Of a DNA stretch of 64,000 nucleotides, positions 30,222-40,826 are shown piece after piece. The position numbers were made by a program, and so were the translations under genes. The first letter of the stretch is position 1, and the number at the start of each line of letters is the position of its first letter. Origin of the DNA: Candidatus Poribacteria bacterium. Its GTDB lineage: Bacteria > Poribacteria > WGA-4E > PCPOR2b. The stretch is taken from the NCBI GenBank assembly GCA_965218095.1, contig OZ244587.1:3392001-3456000 (forward strand), in the 5' to 3' direction. Under the pieces are notes generated by a model that saw only the letters and a list, made by a program, of their open reading frames with translations, was not told the origin of the DNA and ran no database searches.

Positions 30222-30788
30222 ATGCGAAACATCCAATTTAGAGCCGGATATTATTACCATTTATACAACCGTGGTGTGGATCGTCAACCCATCTTCTTCG
30301 ATGAGGAAAACTGGGGATACTTTATAAAACGTTTGCGTCATTACTGCATACCTGATCTGATTGAAATTGTCGCTTATTGTCTCATGCCGAATCATTACCA
30401 CATTCTCGCTTATCTGAAAGATGACAACCTGAGCACGAAAATCATGCAACCATTCACCGTGTCCTACACCAAAGCTGTGAATCGGCAACAAGACCGCGTG
30501 GGCCCAGTTTTCCAAGGCACCTTTAAGGCAAAGTTAGTAGACAAAAACGAGTATCTTCTACATCTTTCACGCTATCTTCACCTGAATCCAGTATTGGCGG
30601 GGATAGTTGGTAATCCTGCAAGCTGGACATTTTCTAGCTATCAGGACTACGTTGGCTTGCGTAACGGAACTTTATCCAAACCTGATATCGTACTGTCCCA
30701 GTTTCCTTCGCGCCAGGCTTATGCTAAATTTGTCCGTGCGTATTCTGAGACCGACAGGGAGTTAATTGAGCATTTGATGTTAGATTAG
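30222..30788 (+). CDS. REP-associated tyrosine transposase (RAYT; Y1 HUH)
   Basis: YYHLYNRG...IF, AYCLMPNHYH (HUH), YLHLNPV, W..SSY; GGAGG RBS. Confidence 0.92.
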   Translation: MRNIQFRAGYYYHLYNRGVDRQPIFFDEENWGYFIKRLRHYCIPDLIEIVAYCLMPNHYHILAYLKDDNLSTKIMQPFTVSYTKAVNRQQDRVGPVFQGTFKAKLVDKNEYLLHLSRYLHLNPVLAGIVGNPASWTFSSYQDYVGLRNGTLSKPDIVLSQFPSRQAYAKFVRAYSETDRELIEHLMLD

Positions 30789-30814
30789 AAAACAAAGAAA
30801 CCGGATAGGAGGCA

Positions 30815-30849
30815 AAGAAACCGAGTTTTCAAGAAAAAACTCGGTTTCT
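30815..30849. repeat. REP-like palindrome (copy 3), right flank of the RAYT gene
   Basis: AGAAACCGAGTTTT...AAAACTCGGTTTCT. Confidence 0.9.
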
Positions 30850-30856
30850 ACATACT

Positions 30857-31108
30857 ATGCACACCTACGTCATCTACGACATTGTCAAAGACCGCATCCG
30901 CAAAAAAATCGCGGATGTCTGCCTCGATTACGGCTTAAAACGCATCCAATACAGCGCGTTCCTAGGCGACATCAATACCACACGACAGCGGGCGTTAGAG
31001 GAGAAACTCACGGAACAACTCGGCAGAGCGGAAGGGAAGATCGAAATCCTCAGCGTGTGCGCGAAGGACTTCGACAAGCGAACCGTTATTGAGGAGGCTG
31101 GAGAATGA
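30857..31108 (+). CDS. cas2: Cas2
   Basis: VIYDI, YGLKRIQYSAF. Confidence 0.95.
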   Translation: MHTYVIYDIVKDRIRKKIADVCLDYGLKRIQYSAFLGDINTTRQRALEEKLTEQLGRAEGKIEILSVCAKDFDKRTVIEEAGE

Positions 31109-31677
31109 ACATACGAGTCAGTGACATCAAGCAGTACTTCTACTGCCCAAGGGTGGTCTACCACACCTACTTGACACCCGTCCACCGGCCCGTCACGCAT
31201 CCGATGCAACTGGGCGCCGTCGAACACGAGGTGCTCAGTGTCTTGGAGCGGCGTCGAACCCTCTCCCGCTATGGGCTTGACGCTGGAAGCCGTAAATTCC
31301 ATCTCTCACTGCACGCCGAGTCTCTCGGATTGACAGGCGTACTCGACCTGCTGATTGAGACGGAAGATGGCGCGTTTCCGGTCGAGTTTAAGTCCACGAC
31401 TCAACGGCTGAACCTGAACGCGAAATACCAATTGACGGCGTATGCGATGCTGGTGGAGGCGTGTCTCGGTCATTCAGTTTCTCAAGGGTTTATCTATCGG
31501 ATTCCGACACAGCGCATCACAGCGGTTCCGATTTCAGAGACACTTCGTCGGAAGACCCACCACGCCATCGAGCAGATACGGGGTATGCTTTCAGACGAGC
31601 GGCTGCCATCGCCGACGCCACAGCGAGGAAAATGTGTCGAGTGCGAATTTCGTCGATTCTGTGGCGATGTGTTGTGA
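31105..31677 (+). CDS. cas4: Cas4 exonuclease
   Basis: YCPR, GVLD...PVEFK, QLTAYA, C-terminal CVECEFRRFC (4Fe-4S ligands). Confidence 0.95.
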   Translation: MNIRVSDIKQYFYCPRVVYHTYLTPVHRPVTHPMQLGAVEHEVLSVLERRRTLSRYGLDAGSRKFHLSLHAESLGLTGVLDLLIETEDGAFPVEFKSTTQRLNLNAKYQLTAYAMLVEACLGHSVSQGFIYRIPTQRITAVPISETLRRKTHHAIEQIRGMLSDERLPSPTPQRGKCVECEFRRFCGDVL

Positions 31678-32072
31678 GCGTTTCGCAAATCGGTTTTCTG
31701 CGGAAAAGAGGGGGGGATTTGCGAAAGGCTTACAGCGGCATAAAATTCGGACGAACCGTTGATTGTCAGACCTTGACGCCCGGTAATTGACGCCTTCGAC
31801 ACAGCGTTCGAGTCACATTTCAGCACGAGATAGTCGCTATTTTCGATAGGCTGTCTCCGTATTTCATAAAGTTTATGTGTCGTTCCCCGGCAAACTGGCG
31901 ATTTGCGAACAACCGTACAAGAACCCGCCAAAACCTGACGCCGACTGAACACTTCACACATATACACTTTACCATTGACACGGCAACACGGATATGCCAT
32001 GATAATAGAAATAACATACAAACGCAGATTCCTTCTACGTTTAGGCGATTTACGATTCGCTAGAGTAGGTCA
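31678..32072 (+). promoter_or_regulatory. CRISPR leader with a sigma70-like promoter
   Basis: Non-coding region between cas4 and the first repeat; TTGACA (31975)-N17-CATGAT (31998). Confidence 0.75.
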
Positions 32073-33438
32073 GTTTCAACCTTTGCCCCGATGAAAAGGG
32101 GACTGAAAGTGACGAGATTCAGATCCCTCTGTAGTAGCACCTGAGTTTCAACCTTTGCCCCGATGAAAAGGGGACTGAAAGTATTCGTCAGTTACTGTAC
32201 AGGTTATCGTAACTGTTGTGTTTCAACCTTTGCCCCGATGAAAAGGGGACTGAAAGTTATCTATATCCGCATCTGTCTCGTCATCAATATCGCGTTTCAA
32301 CCTTTGCCCCGATGAAAAGGGGACTGAAAGGCAAATTGGGCGATGCTCGGTCTATTTCTGCGAGAGTTTCAACCTTTGCCCCGATGAAAAGGGGACTGAA
32401 AGACTCCAATGTGATAGCGTGGACGGCACTGGCTATTCACGTTTCAACCTTTGCCCCGATGAAAAGGGGACTGAAAGTGCCGGTCCAGTGCGTTGTTGCA
32501 GGTCCTGTTCTGCGTTTCAACCTTTGCCCCGATGAAAAGGGGACTGAAAGTCAAGTTGATAACCTTTTCCCTGACTGCTTGTAGCGATGTTTCAACCTTT
32601 GCCCCGATGAAAAGGGGACTGAAAGTGCACTCAAAGAATACATCGTGTTCTCAGATGTCGGTGTGTTTCAACCTTTGCCCCGATGAAAAGGGGACTGAAA
32701 GTGCTCGGCGACTTCGCAAATAGCAACGCCGAACAACCGTTTCAACCTTTGCCCCGATGAAAAGGGGACTGAAAGGGTAGTCTCAGTTTCACTTAATGTC
32801 GCTCCTTTGGGTTTCAACCTTTGCCCCGATGAAAAGGGGACTGAAAGAACGTGATTCAGGTGGCTCTCTTAGAGTTGTTTCCGCCGTTTCAACCTTTGCC
32901 CCGATGAAAAGGGGACTGAAAGCAAGTATCCTATACTTGGTGCTGCAGGACTTGGAGCAGTTTCAACCTTTGCCCCGATGAAAAGGGGACTGAAAGTCTG
33001 AATTGACTGCACGGACCTGGAAATCATATTCGGGTTTCAACCTTTGCCCCGATGAAAAGGGGACTGAAAGGTCATTAAAAATATTACGGAATAGCGCACT
33101 CTCAAGTTTCAACCTTTGCCCCGATGAAAAGGGGACTGAAAGACCGATCCTACATGGCCCGATCTCCCGTCTGTCCCTGAGTTTCAACCTTTGCCCCGAT
33201 GAAAAGGGGACTGAAAGCACTAATTCACCTCAACAGCGTGGTCGTTATATCGGTGGTTTCAACCTTTGCCCCGATGAAAAGGGGACTGAAAGGATAAGCA
33301 CCCGTCACTAATATTGGGGCAGGGGAGGTTTCAACCTTTGCCCCGATGAAAAGGGGACTGAAAGGAAGCCCCTGCGCCACTTCCGACCGCCGTTTTGACG
33401 AGTTTCAACCTTTGCCCCGATGAAAAGGGGACTGAAAG

Positions 33439-36400
33439 GCTTCAGGACATCATCAATAATCTGTTTCCGGGGTCGTTTCAACCTTTGCCCCGATGAAAAG
33501 GGGACTGAAAGCGCGATAGTGTGAAAGAAATGTTTGAGAATGTGGGTTTGTTTCAACCTTTGCCCCGATGAAAAGGGGACTGAAAGTTTCAGGAAGTTGA
33601 CACGGTGGCAGCAGTTCTGGGTTTCAACCTTTGCCCCGATGAAAAGGGGACTGAAAGGAATCAGTGATGGACGCGGTGGTGTCATTTCTGTATCGTTTCA
33701 ACCTTTGCCCCGATGAAAAGGGGACTGAAAGAGCCCGTATCTTGGACGAGCAGGTGTTCGGTATCAGTTTCAACCTTTGCCCCGATGAAAAGGGGACTGA
33801 AAGGACCGACTTTGTGCATCTCCCGATAGGCGGAGAGTCAAGTTTCAACCTTTGCCCCGATGAAAAGGGGACTGAAAGTTCACATACGCGCCGAGAGGGA
33901 TTCGCTTCTCGACTGCGTTTCAACCTTTGCCCCGATGAAAAGGGGACTGAAAGGATACCAACATTCGATCACTTCATAGGTGTCTTGGCGGGTTTCAACC
34001 TTTGCCCCGATGAAAAGGGGACTGAAAGACATCGTCAAGCCATTCTATATACTTCTCATCAGAATGTTTCAACCTTTGCCCCGATGAAAAGGGGACTGAA
34101 AGACTCGCATCTATCGGGAGAACGGGCAGACGCTTTAGTTTCAACCTTTGCCCCGATGAAAAGGGGACTGAAAGATAAAGTCTTGCACGAGCACGGAGGC
34201 GCGACCAAGTTTCAACCTTTGCCCCGATGAAAAGGGGACTGAAAGTGACCACTTTCGTCGCGGCGGCAGGAAAGCCGTCTGGGTTTCAACCTTTGCCCCG
34301 ATGAAAAGGGGACTGAAAGATATCAGGATTGAGAAGCCGATACCATGCATGACCCTGTTTCAACCTTTGCCCCGATGAAAAGGGGACTGAAAGAGTGTTC
34401 GGACGGTCGATGCCTCGACCATTTTTGTTAGTTTCAACCTTTGCCCCGATGAAAAGGGGACTGAAAGGGTCCCCATCATGCAACTCATTGTGATGGATCT
34501 GAAGTGTTTCAACCTTTGCCCCGATGAAAAGGGGACTGAAAGCGCTTAGGGCGATACTTGTCGGTGCGTACCCGAAATAAGTTTCAACCTTTGCCCCGAT
34601 GAAAAGGGGACTGAAAGGCGACATCCAGTTCTGGGGTAACGATACCCGCGGCTGTTTCAACCTTTGCCCCGATGAAAAGGGGACTGAAAGTGCAGAAGAT
34701 TTGGAAGGGGAGTTTAGGATTATATTGTTTCAACCTTTGCCCCGATGAAAAGGGGACTGAAAGTGAAGCTGAAACTTGGCAAATGCGAAATGTTTTGATG
34801 TTTCAACCTTTGCCCCGATGAAAAGGGGACTGAAAGCTCTCAAGTATCAACGCACTATTCGACCGTGCCCCGTTTCAACCTTTGCCCCGATGAAAAGGGG
34901 ACTGAAAGTTACCCAGTGGCTTGGTAATGTCTCAAGGCCTGTTGCGTTTCAACCTTTGCCCCGATGAAAAGGGGACTGAAAGTTTGCTTTTAACATGTTT
35001 AGGAATGCCGCTGCGTGGTGTTTCAACCTTTGCCCCGATGAAAAGGGGACTGAAAGGACACAAAGAAGAATATGTGAAAGTGTATCCTTCGGGTAAGTTT
35101 CAACCTTTGCCCCGATGAAAAGGGGACTGAAAGCAGAGCCGGTAGCCGTTCAGCCGAATAATCGTAGTTTCAACCTTTGCCCCGATGAAAAGGGGACTGA
35201 AAGGCTTCAGGACATCATCAATAATCTGTTTCCGGGGTCGTTTCAACCTTTGCCCCGATGAAAAGGGGACTGAAAGCGCGATAGTGTGAAAGAAATGTTT
35301 GAGAATGTGGGTTTGTTTCAACCTTTGCCCCGATGAAAAGGGGACTGAAAGTTTCAGGAAGTTGACACGGTGGCAGCAGTTCTGGGTTTCAACCTTTGCC
35401 CCGATGAAAAGGGGACTGAAAGGAATCAGTGATGGACGCGGTGGTGTCATTTCTGTATCGTTTCAACCTTTGCCCCGATGAAAAGGGGACTGAAAGAGCC
35501 CGTATCTTGGACGAGCAGGTGTTCGGTATCAGTTTCAACCTTTGCCCCGATGAAAAGGGGACTGAAAGGACCGACTTTGTGCATCTCCCGATAGGCGGAG
35601 AGTCAAGTTTCAACCTTTGCCCCGATGAAAAGGGGACTGAAAGTTCACATACGCGCCGAGAGGGATTCGCTTCTCGACTGCGTTTCAACCTTTGCCCCGA
35701 TGAAAAGGGGACTGAAAGGATACCAACATTCGATCACTTCATAGGTGTCTTGGCGGGTTTCAACCTTTGCCCCGATGAAAAGGGGACTGAAAGACATCGT
35801 CAAGCCATTCTATATACTTCTCATCAGAATGTTTCAACCTTTGCCCCGATGAAAAGGGGACTGAAAGACTCGCATCTATCGGGAGAACGGGCAGACGCTT
35901 TAGTTTCAACCTTTGCCCCGATGAAAAGGGGACTGAAAGATAAAGTCTTGCACGAGCACGGAGGCGCGACCAAGTTTCAACCTTTGCCCCGATGAAAAGG
36001 GGACTGAAAGTGACCACTTTCGTCGCGGCGGCAGGAAAGCCGTCTGGGTTTCAACCTTTGCCCCGATGAAAAGGGGACTGAAAGATATCAGGATTGAGAA
36101 GCCGATACCATGCATGACCCTGTTTCAACCTTTGCCCCGATGAAAAGGGGACTGAAAGAGTGTTCGGACGGTCGATGCCTCGACCATTTTTGTTAGTTTC
36201 AACCTTTGCCCCGATGAAAAGGGGACTGAAAGGGTCCCCATCATGCAACTCATTGTGATGGATCTGAAGTGTTTCAACCTTTGCCCCGATGAAAAGGGGA
36301 CTGAAAGCGCTTAGGGCGATACTTGTCGGTGCGTACCCGAAATAAGTTTCAACCTTTGCCCCGATGAAAAGGGGACTGAAAGGCGACATCCAGTTCTGGG

Positions 36401-36931
36401 GTAACGATACCCGCGGCTGTTTCAACCTTTGCCCCGATGAAAAGGGGACTGAAAGTGCAGAAGATTTGGAAGGGGAGTTTAGGATTATATTGTTTCAACC
36501 TTTGCCCCGATGAAAAGGGGACTGAAAGTGAAGCTGAAACTTGGCAAATGCGAAATGTTTTGATGTTTCAACCTTTGCCCCGATGAAAAGGGGACTGAAA
36601 GCTCTCAAGTATCAACGCACTATTCGACCGTGCCCCGTTTCAACCTTTGCCCCGATGAAAAGGGGACTGAAAGTTACCCAGTGGCTTGGTAATGTCTCAA
36701 GGCCTGTTGCGTTTCAACCTTTGCCCCGATGAAAAGGGGACTGAAAGTTTGCTTTTAACATGTTTAGGAATGCCGCTGCGTGGTGTTTCAACCTTTGCCC
36801 CGATGAAAAGGGGACTGAAAGGACACAAAGAAGAATATGTGAAAGTGTATCCTTCGGGTAAGTTTCAACCTTTGCCCCGATGAAAAGGGGACTGAAAGCA
36901 GAGCCGGTAGCCGTTCAGCCGAATAATCGTA
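33439..36931 (+). repeat. Tandem duplication of a 24-spacer block (period 1765 bp)
   Basis: Spacers in 33439-35166 recur in the same order in 35204-36931. Confidence 0.95.
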
Positions 36932-39900
36932 GTTTCAACCTTTGCCCCGATGAAAAGGGGACTGAAAGGCAGAGAGCTTCCGACCTTTGCCACGATTCCA
37001 GGTAGGTTTCAACCTTTGCCCCGATGAAAAGGGGACTGAAAGCTAGGCGAATGCCGGTCTTTTCGGCTATCAGGTTGATGTTTCAACCTTTGCCCCGATG
37101 AAAAGGGGACTGAAAGATATTGACACCACCCCCCCGATTATCCCAATAATCCCAGTTTCAACCTTTGCCCCGATGAAAAGGGGACTGAAAGTTCACCACA
37201 ACAGCGTGGTCGGTACAATTCTTCTAATGGTTTCAACCTTTGCCCCGATGAAAAGGGGACTGAAAGATGACCTCCATGGTTTGGATTAGCTCCGGCAACA
37301 GCGGTTTCAACCTTTGCCCCGATGAAAAGGGGACTGAAAGAGCCTTGCTTTTCAGGCTGCCGTCGCCATCTGGCCTGTGTTTCAACCTTTGCCCCGATGA
37401 AAAGGGGACTGAAAGTCGTCAAATTGCCAACCACATCGGTCTGCTTCGTAGCCGTTTCAACCTTTGCCCCGATGAAAAGGGGACTGAAAGAACCAGTCGT
37501 AGGATTCCCCCAGAACTTGAGATTGCCAGTTTCAACCTTTGCCCCGATGAAAAGGGGACTGAAAGACTCACGGGACTTCTGGAGATGTTTTCTGGTGTAT
37601 GCTGTTTCAACCTTTGCCCCGATGAAAAGGGGACTGAAAGACTCACGGGACTTCTGGAGATGTTTTCTGGTGTATGCTGTTTCAACCTTTGCCCCGATGA
37701 AAAGGGGACTGAAAGTGGCAATTACAATGAGATTTATGGTAATCGCTTTGGTATGTTTCAACCTTTGCCCCGATGAAAAGGGGACTGAAAGATTGATGTT
37801 GCCTAATAATCTCCCTCCCTGGTCCGTAGTTTCAACCTTTGCCCCGATGAAAAGGGGACTGAAAGTCAAAGTAAGAGCCAAGGTCCTGGACGCTTTGAGC
37901 AAGTTTCAACCTTTGCCCCGATGAAAAGGGGACTGAAAGTAGCGTCATGGAGAATTGAGAACATCCGCCGCTCCGAGTTTCAACCTTTGCCCCGATGAAA
38001 AGGGGACTGAAAGAGACGGAACGGGCATCCTGCCGGAAGGACTTCAAGCCGTTTCAACCTTTGCCCCGATGAAAAGGGGACTGAAAGGGTGACGGCGTGG
38101 AAGTAAACGCTCATATCCGGTGGTAGTTTCAACCTTTGCCCCGATGAAAAGGGGACTGAAAGCAGAAAGAATTAGTTGTACAGCATCAATAATCATAGTG
38201 GTTTCAACCTTTGCCCCGATGAAAAGGGGACTGAAAGGCTGTTGTGGCTTGGACTGTGCTATCTACTGCAGTGTTTCAACCTTTGCCCCGATGAAAAGGG
38301 GACTGAAAGCAGCCGACCAAATACCGCTTCCTTTGGTAATTAGACGCGTTTCAACCTTTGCCCCGATGAAAAGGGGACTGAAATCGAAGAACAAGGCACA
38401 CTTTGCGAAATGGTATACAGAGTTTCAACCTTTGCCCCGATGAAAAGGGGACTGAAAGCCCGACGACCGTAACCCTGTCCTTATCCCACCCTTCCGTTTC
38501 AACCTTTGCCCCGATGAAAAGGGGACTGAAATCGAAGAACAAGGCACACTTTGCGAAATGGTATACAGAGTTTCAACCTTTGCCCCGACGAAAAGGGGAC
38601 TGAAATACGAGTAGTCCGTTGGCCTTCGTCGATTTCGCTGCGTGGTTTCAACCTTTGCCCCGACGAAAAGGGGACTGAAATACTCGTCGATCAGCGCCCG
38701 GCACGTCGCGGTCCCGGCGTTTCAACCTTTGCCCCGACGAAAAGGGGACTGAAATTGTTGTAATGCCATGTCTCATTGAGAAATGGTAAACCTGTTTCAA
38801 CCTTTGCCCCGACGAAAAGGGGACTGAAAGCATCATCAATCGGATCAATACTAAACAGCGTTCCGTTGTTTCAACCCTTGCCCCGACGAAAAGGGGACTG
38901 AAAGTAATTCTTTGATTGGAGATTCATAGATGGCTAGCGTTGTTTCAACCCTTGCCCCGACGAAAAGGGGACTGAAAGCCACAATAAGTGGGTGGCTCGC
39001 CTCTGTGGCATGATAGTTTCAACCCTTGCCCCGATGAAAAGGGGACTGAAAGTGGTCGGGAAAGTGCTGCAGCGTACTGAGTCCGACATGGTTTCAACCC
39101 TTGCCCCGATGAAAAGGGGACTGAAATGCTCACCTGCGGCTTTGGTCTTCATCACCTGCTCACGTTTCAACCTTTGCCCCGACGAAAAGGGGACTGAAAT
39201 AGACATCTATTTGGCGACTATCATTCTCTTCAATCCAAGTTTCAACCTTTGCCCCGACGAAAAGGGGACTGAAATACTTCTTGAATTGCGTGATCGGGCT
39301 TTTGAGGCTTCAGGTTTCAACCTTTGCCCCGACGAAAAGGGGACTGAAATAAAAGGAGTCGAACATGACCCACTATCAATTAACTCAGTTTCAACCTTTG
39401 CCCCGACGAAAAGGGGACTGAAATTCACGCCAATACTCCCCAACTGGTGGGCAATCACCTGGTTTCAACCTTTGCCCCGACGAAAAGGGGACTGAAATAC
39501 TTTCCCACTTTCGCTTCCCTCCTTCTCTCCTTTAGTTTCAACCTTTGCCCCGACGAAAAGGGGACTGAAATAAGACGAACAAATGCCTACCGCTCGGCTC
39601 ACGTGCGGTTTCAACCTTTGCCCCGACGAAAAGGGGACTGAAATTGAACTCATGGTATTTTGACCGATTCTTTCCTCCGCTGTTTCAACCTTTGCCCCGA
39701 CGAAAAGGGGACTGAAATCTCCGAATGCAATGCTGTCACCCATGCAGCCAAGCAGTTTCAACCTTTGCCCCGACGAAAAGGGGACTGAAATCATGTAGAA
39801 GCCAAGGGGATAATCTATTGCTACAGGTTTCAACCTTTGCCCCGACGAAAAGGGGACTGAAATTGCACTCCAAAAAGGAATGCCATCTCGGACATCGCTG

Positions 39901-40792
39901 TTTCAACCTTTGCCCCGACGAAAAGGGGACTGAAATCTCCGAATGCAATGCTGTCACCCATGCAGCCAAGCAGTTTCAACCTTTGCCCCGACGAAAAGGG
40001 GACTGAAATGCGTAATATTGTCATGACCAGATAGGCATTCGTCTAGTTTCAACCTTTGCCCCGACGAAAAGGGGACTGAAATTTTCCCGTCAAGTTCCGA
40101 CCAATGCCGATGGTCACTGTTTCAACCTTTGCCCCGACGAAAAGGGGACTGAAATGGGAAATGGGGGAACGTGGCGTGGAGTGCGGTTATAATGCACTCT
40201 GCATGTTTCAACCTTTGCCCCGACGAAAAGGGGACTGAAAGCCTCACACTTTCTCACCTGCGCCTTCCTCCTATAGTGGTTTCAACCTTTGCCCCGACGA
40301 AAAGGGGACTGAAAGTATCTAACATGCTTGACTTGCAACCTAGTAGCAGAATTGTTTCAACCCTTGCCCCGATGAAAAGGGGACTGAAAGACGATTTTAG
40401 CGTTCCCTACCGGGACACAACAAATGGTTTCAACCCTTGCCCCGATGAAAAGGGGACTGAAAGCATCTTTGATTTGTTCATTATGTTCATAAGATTTGGG
40501 TTTCAACCCTTGCCCCGACGAAAAGGGGACTGAAAGTTGCAACGACGAGGCAAAAGAGCGAATAGAGGGGCTAAAAAGGGCAAAATTTCATGACGCACGC
40601 GGGGCAGCCCGGCGTAGTGCTAGCAAGGCGTTAGAAGCGCTTGAGATCATATTTGAAGCCTTGCCCCTCACTCTCGCCAAGGCCACACCCAAAACGCTTG
40701 AGGATTTCAAGAAGATCCCAAGCCGAGACATCCGCCGTCTCCTCGACAGGTTTCAATTCGTGCCCCGACGAAAAGGGGACTGAAAGTAGTTT

Positions 40793-40818
40793 TGCTATAC
40801 TATATGATCGAAAGGAGG
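40793..40818 (+). promoter_or_regulatory. Extended -10 (TGcTATACT) and AGGAGG RBS inside the giant spacer
   Basis: TG at 40793, TATACT at 40796-40801, AGGAGG at 40813-40818, 8 nt before ATG 40827. Confidence 0.65.
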
Positions 40819-40826
40819 TTTTCATC

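Noticed and set aside
32216-40542. Many ORFs across the array (VSTFAPMKRGLK / FNLCPDEKGTE / SVPFSSGQRLK peptides)
   Set aside because: Translations of the CRISPR repeat; no RBS or coding signal.
40641-40826. N-terminal extension of the 681-aa ORF
   Set aside because: Reads through a repeat; the RBS and signal peptide place the start at 40827.
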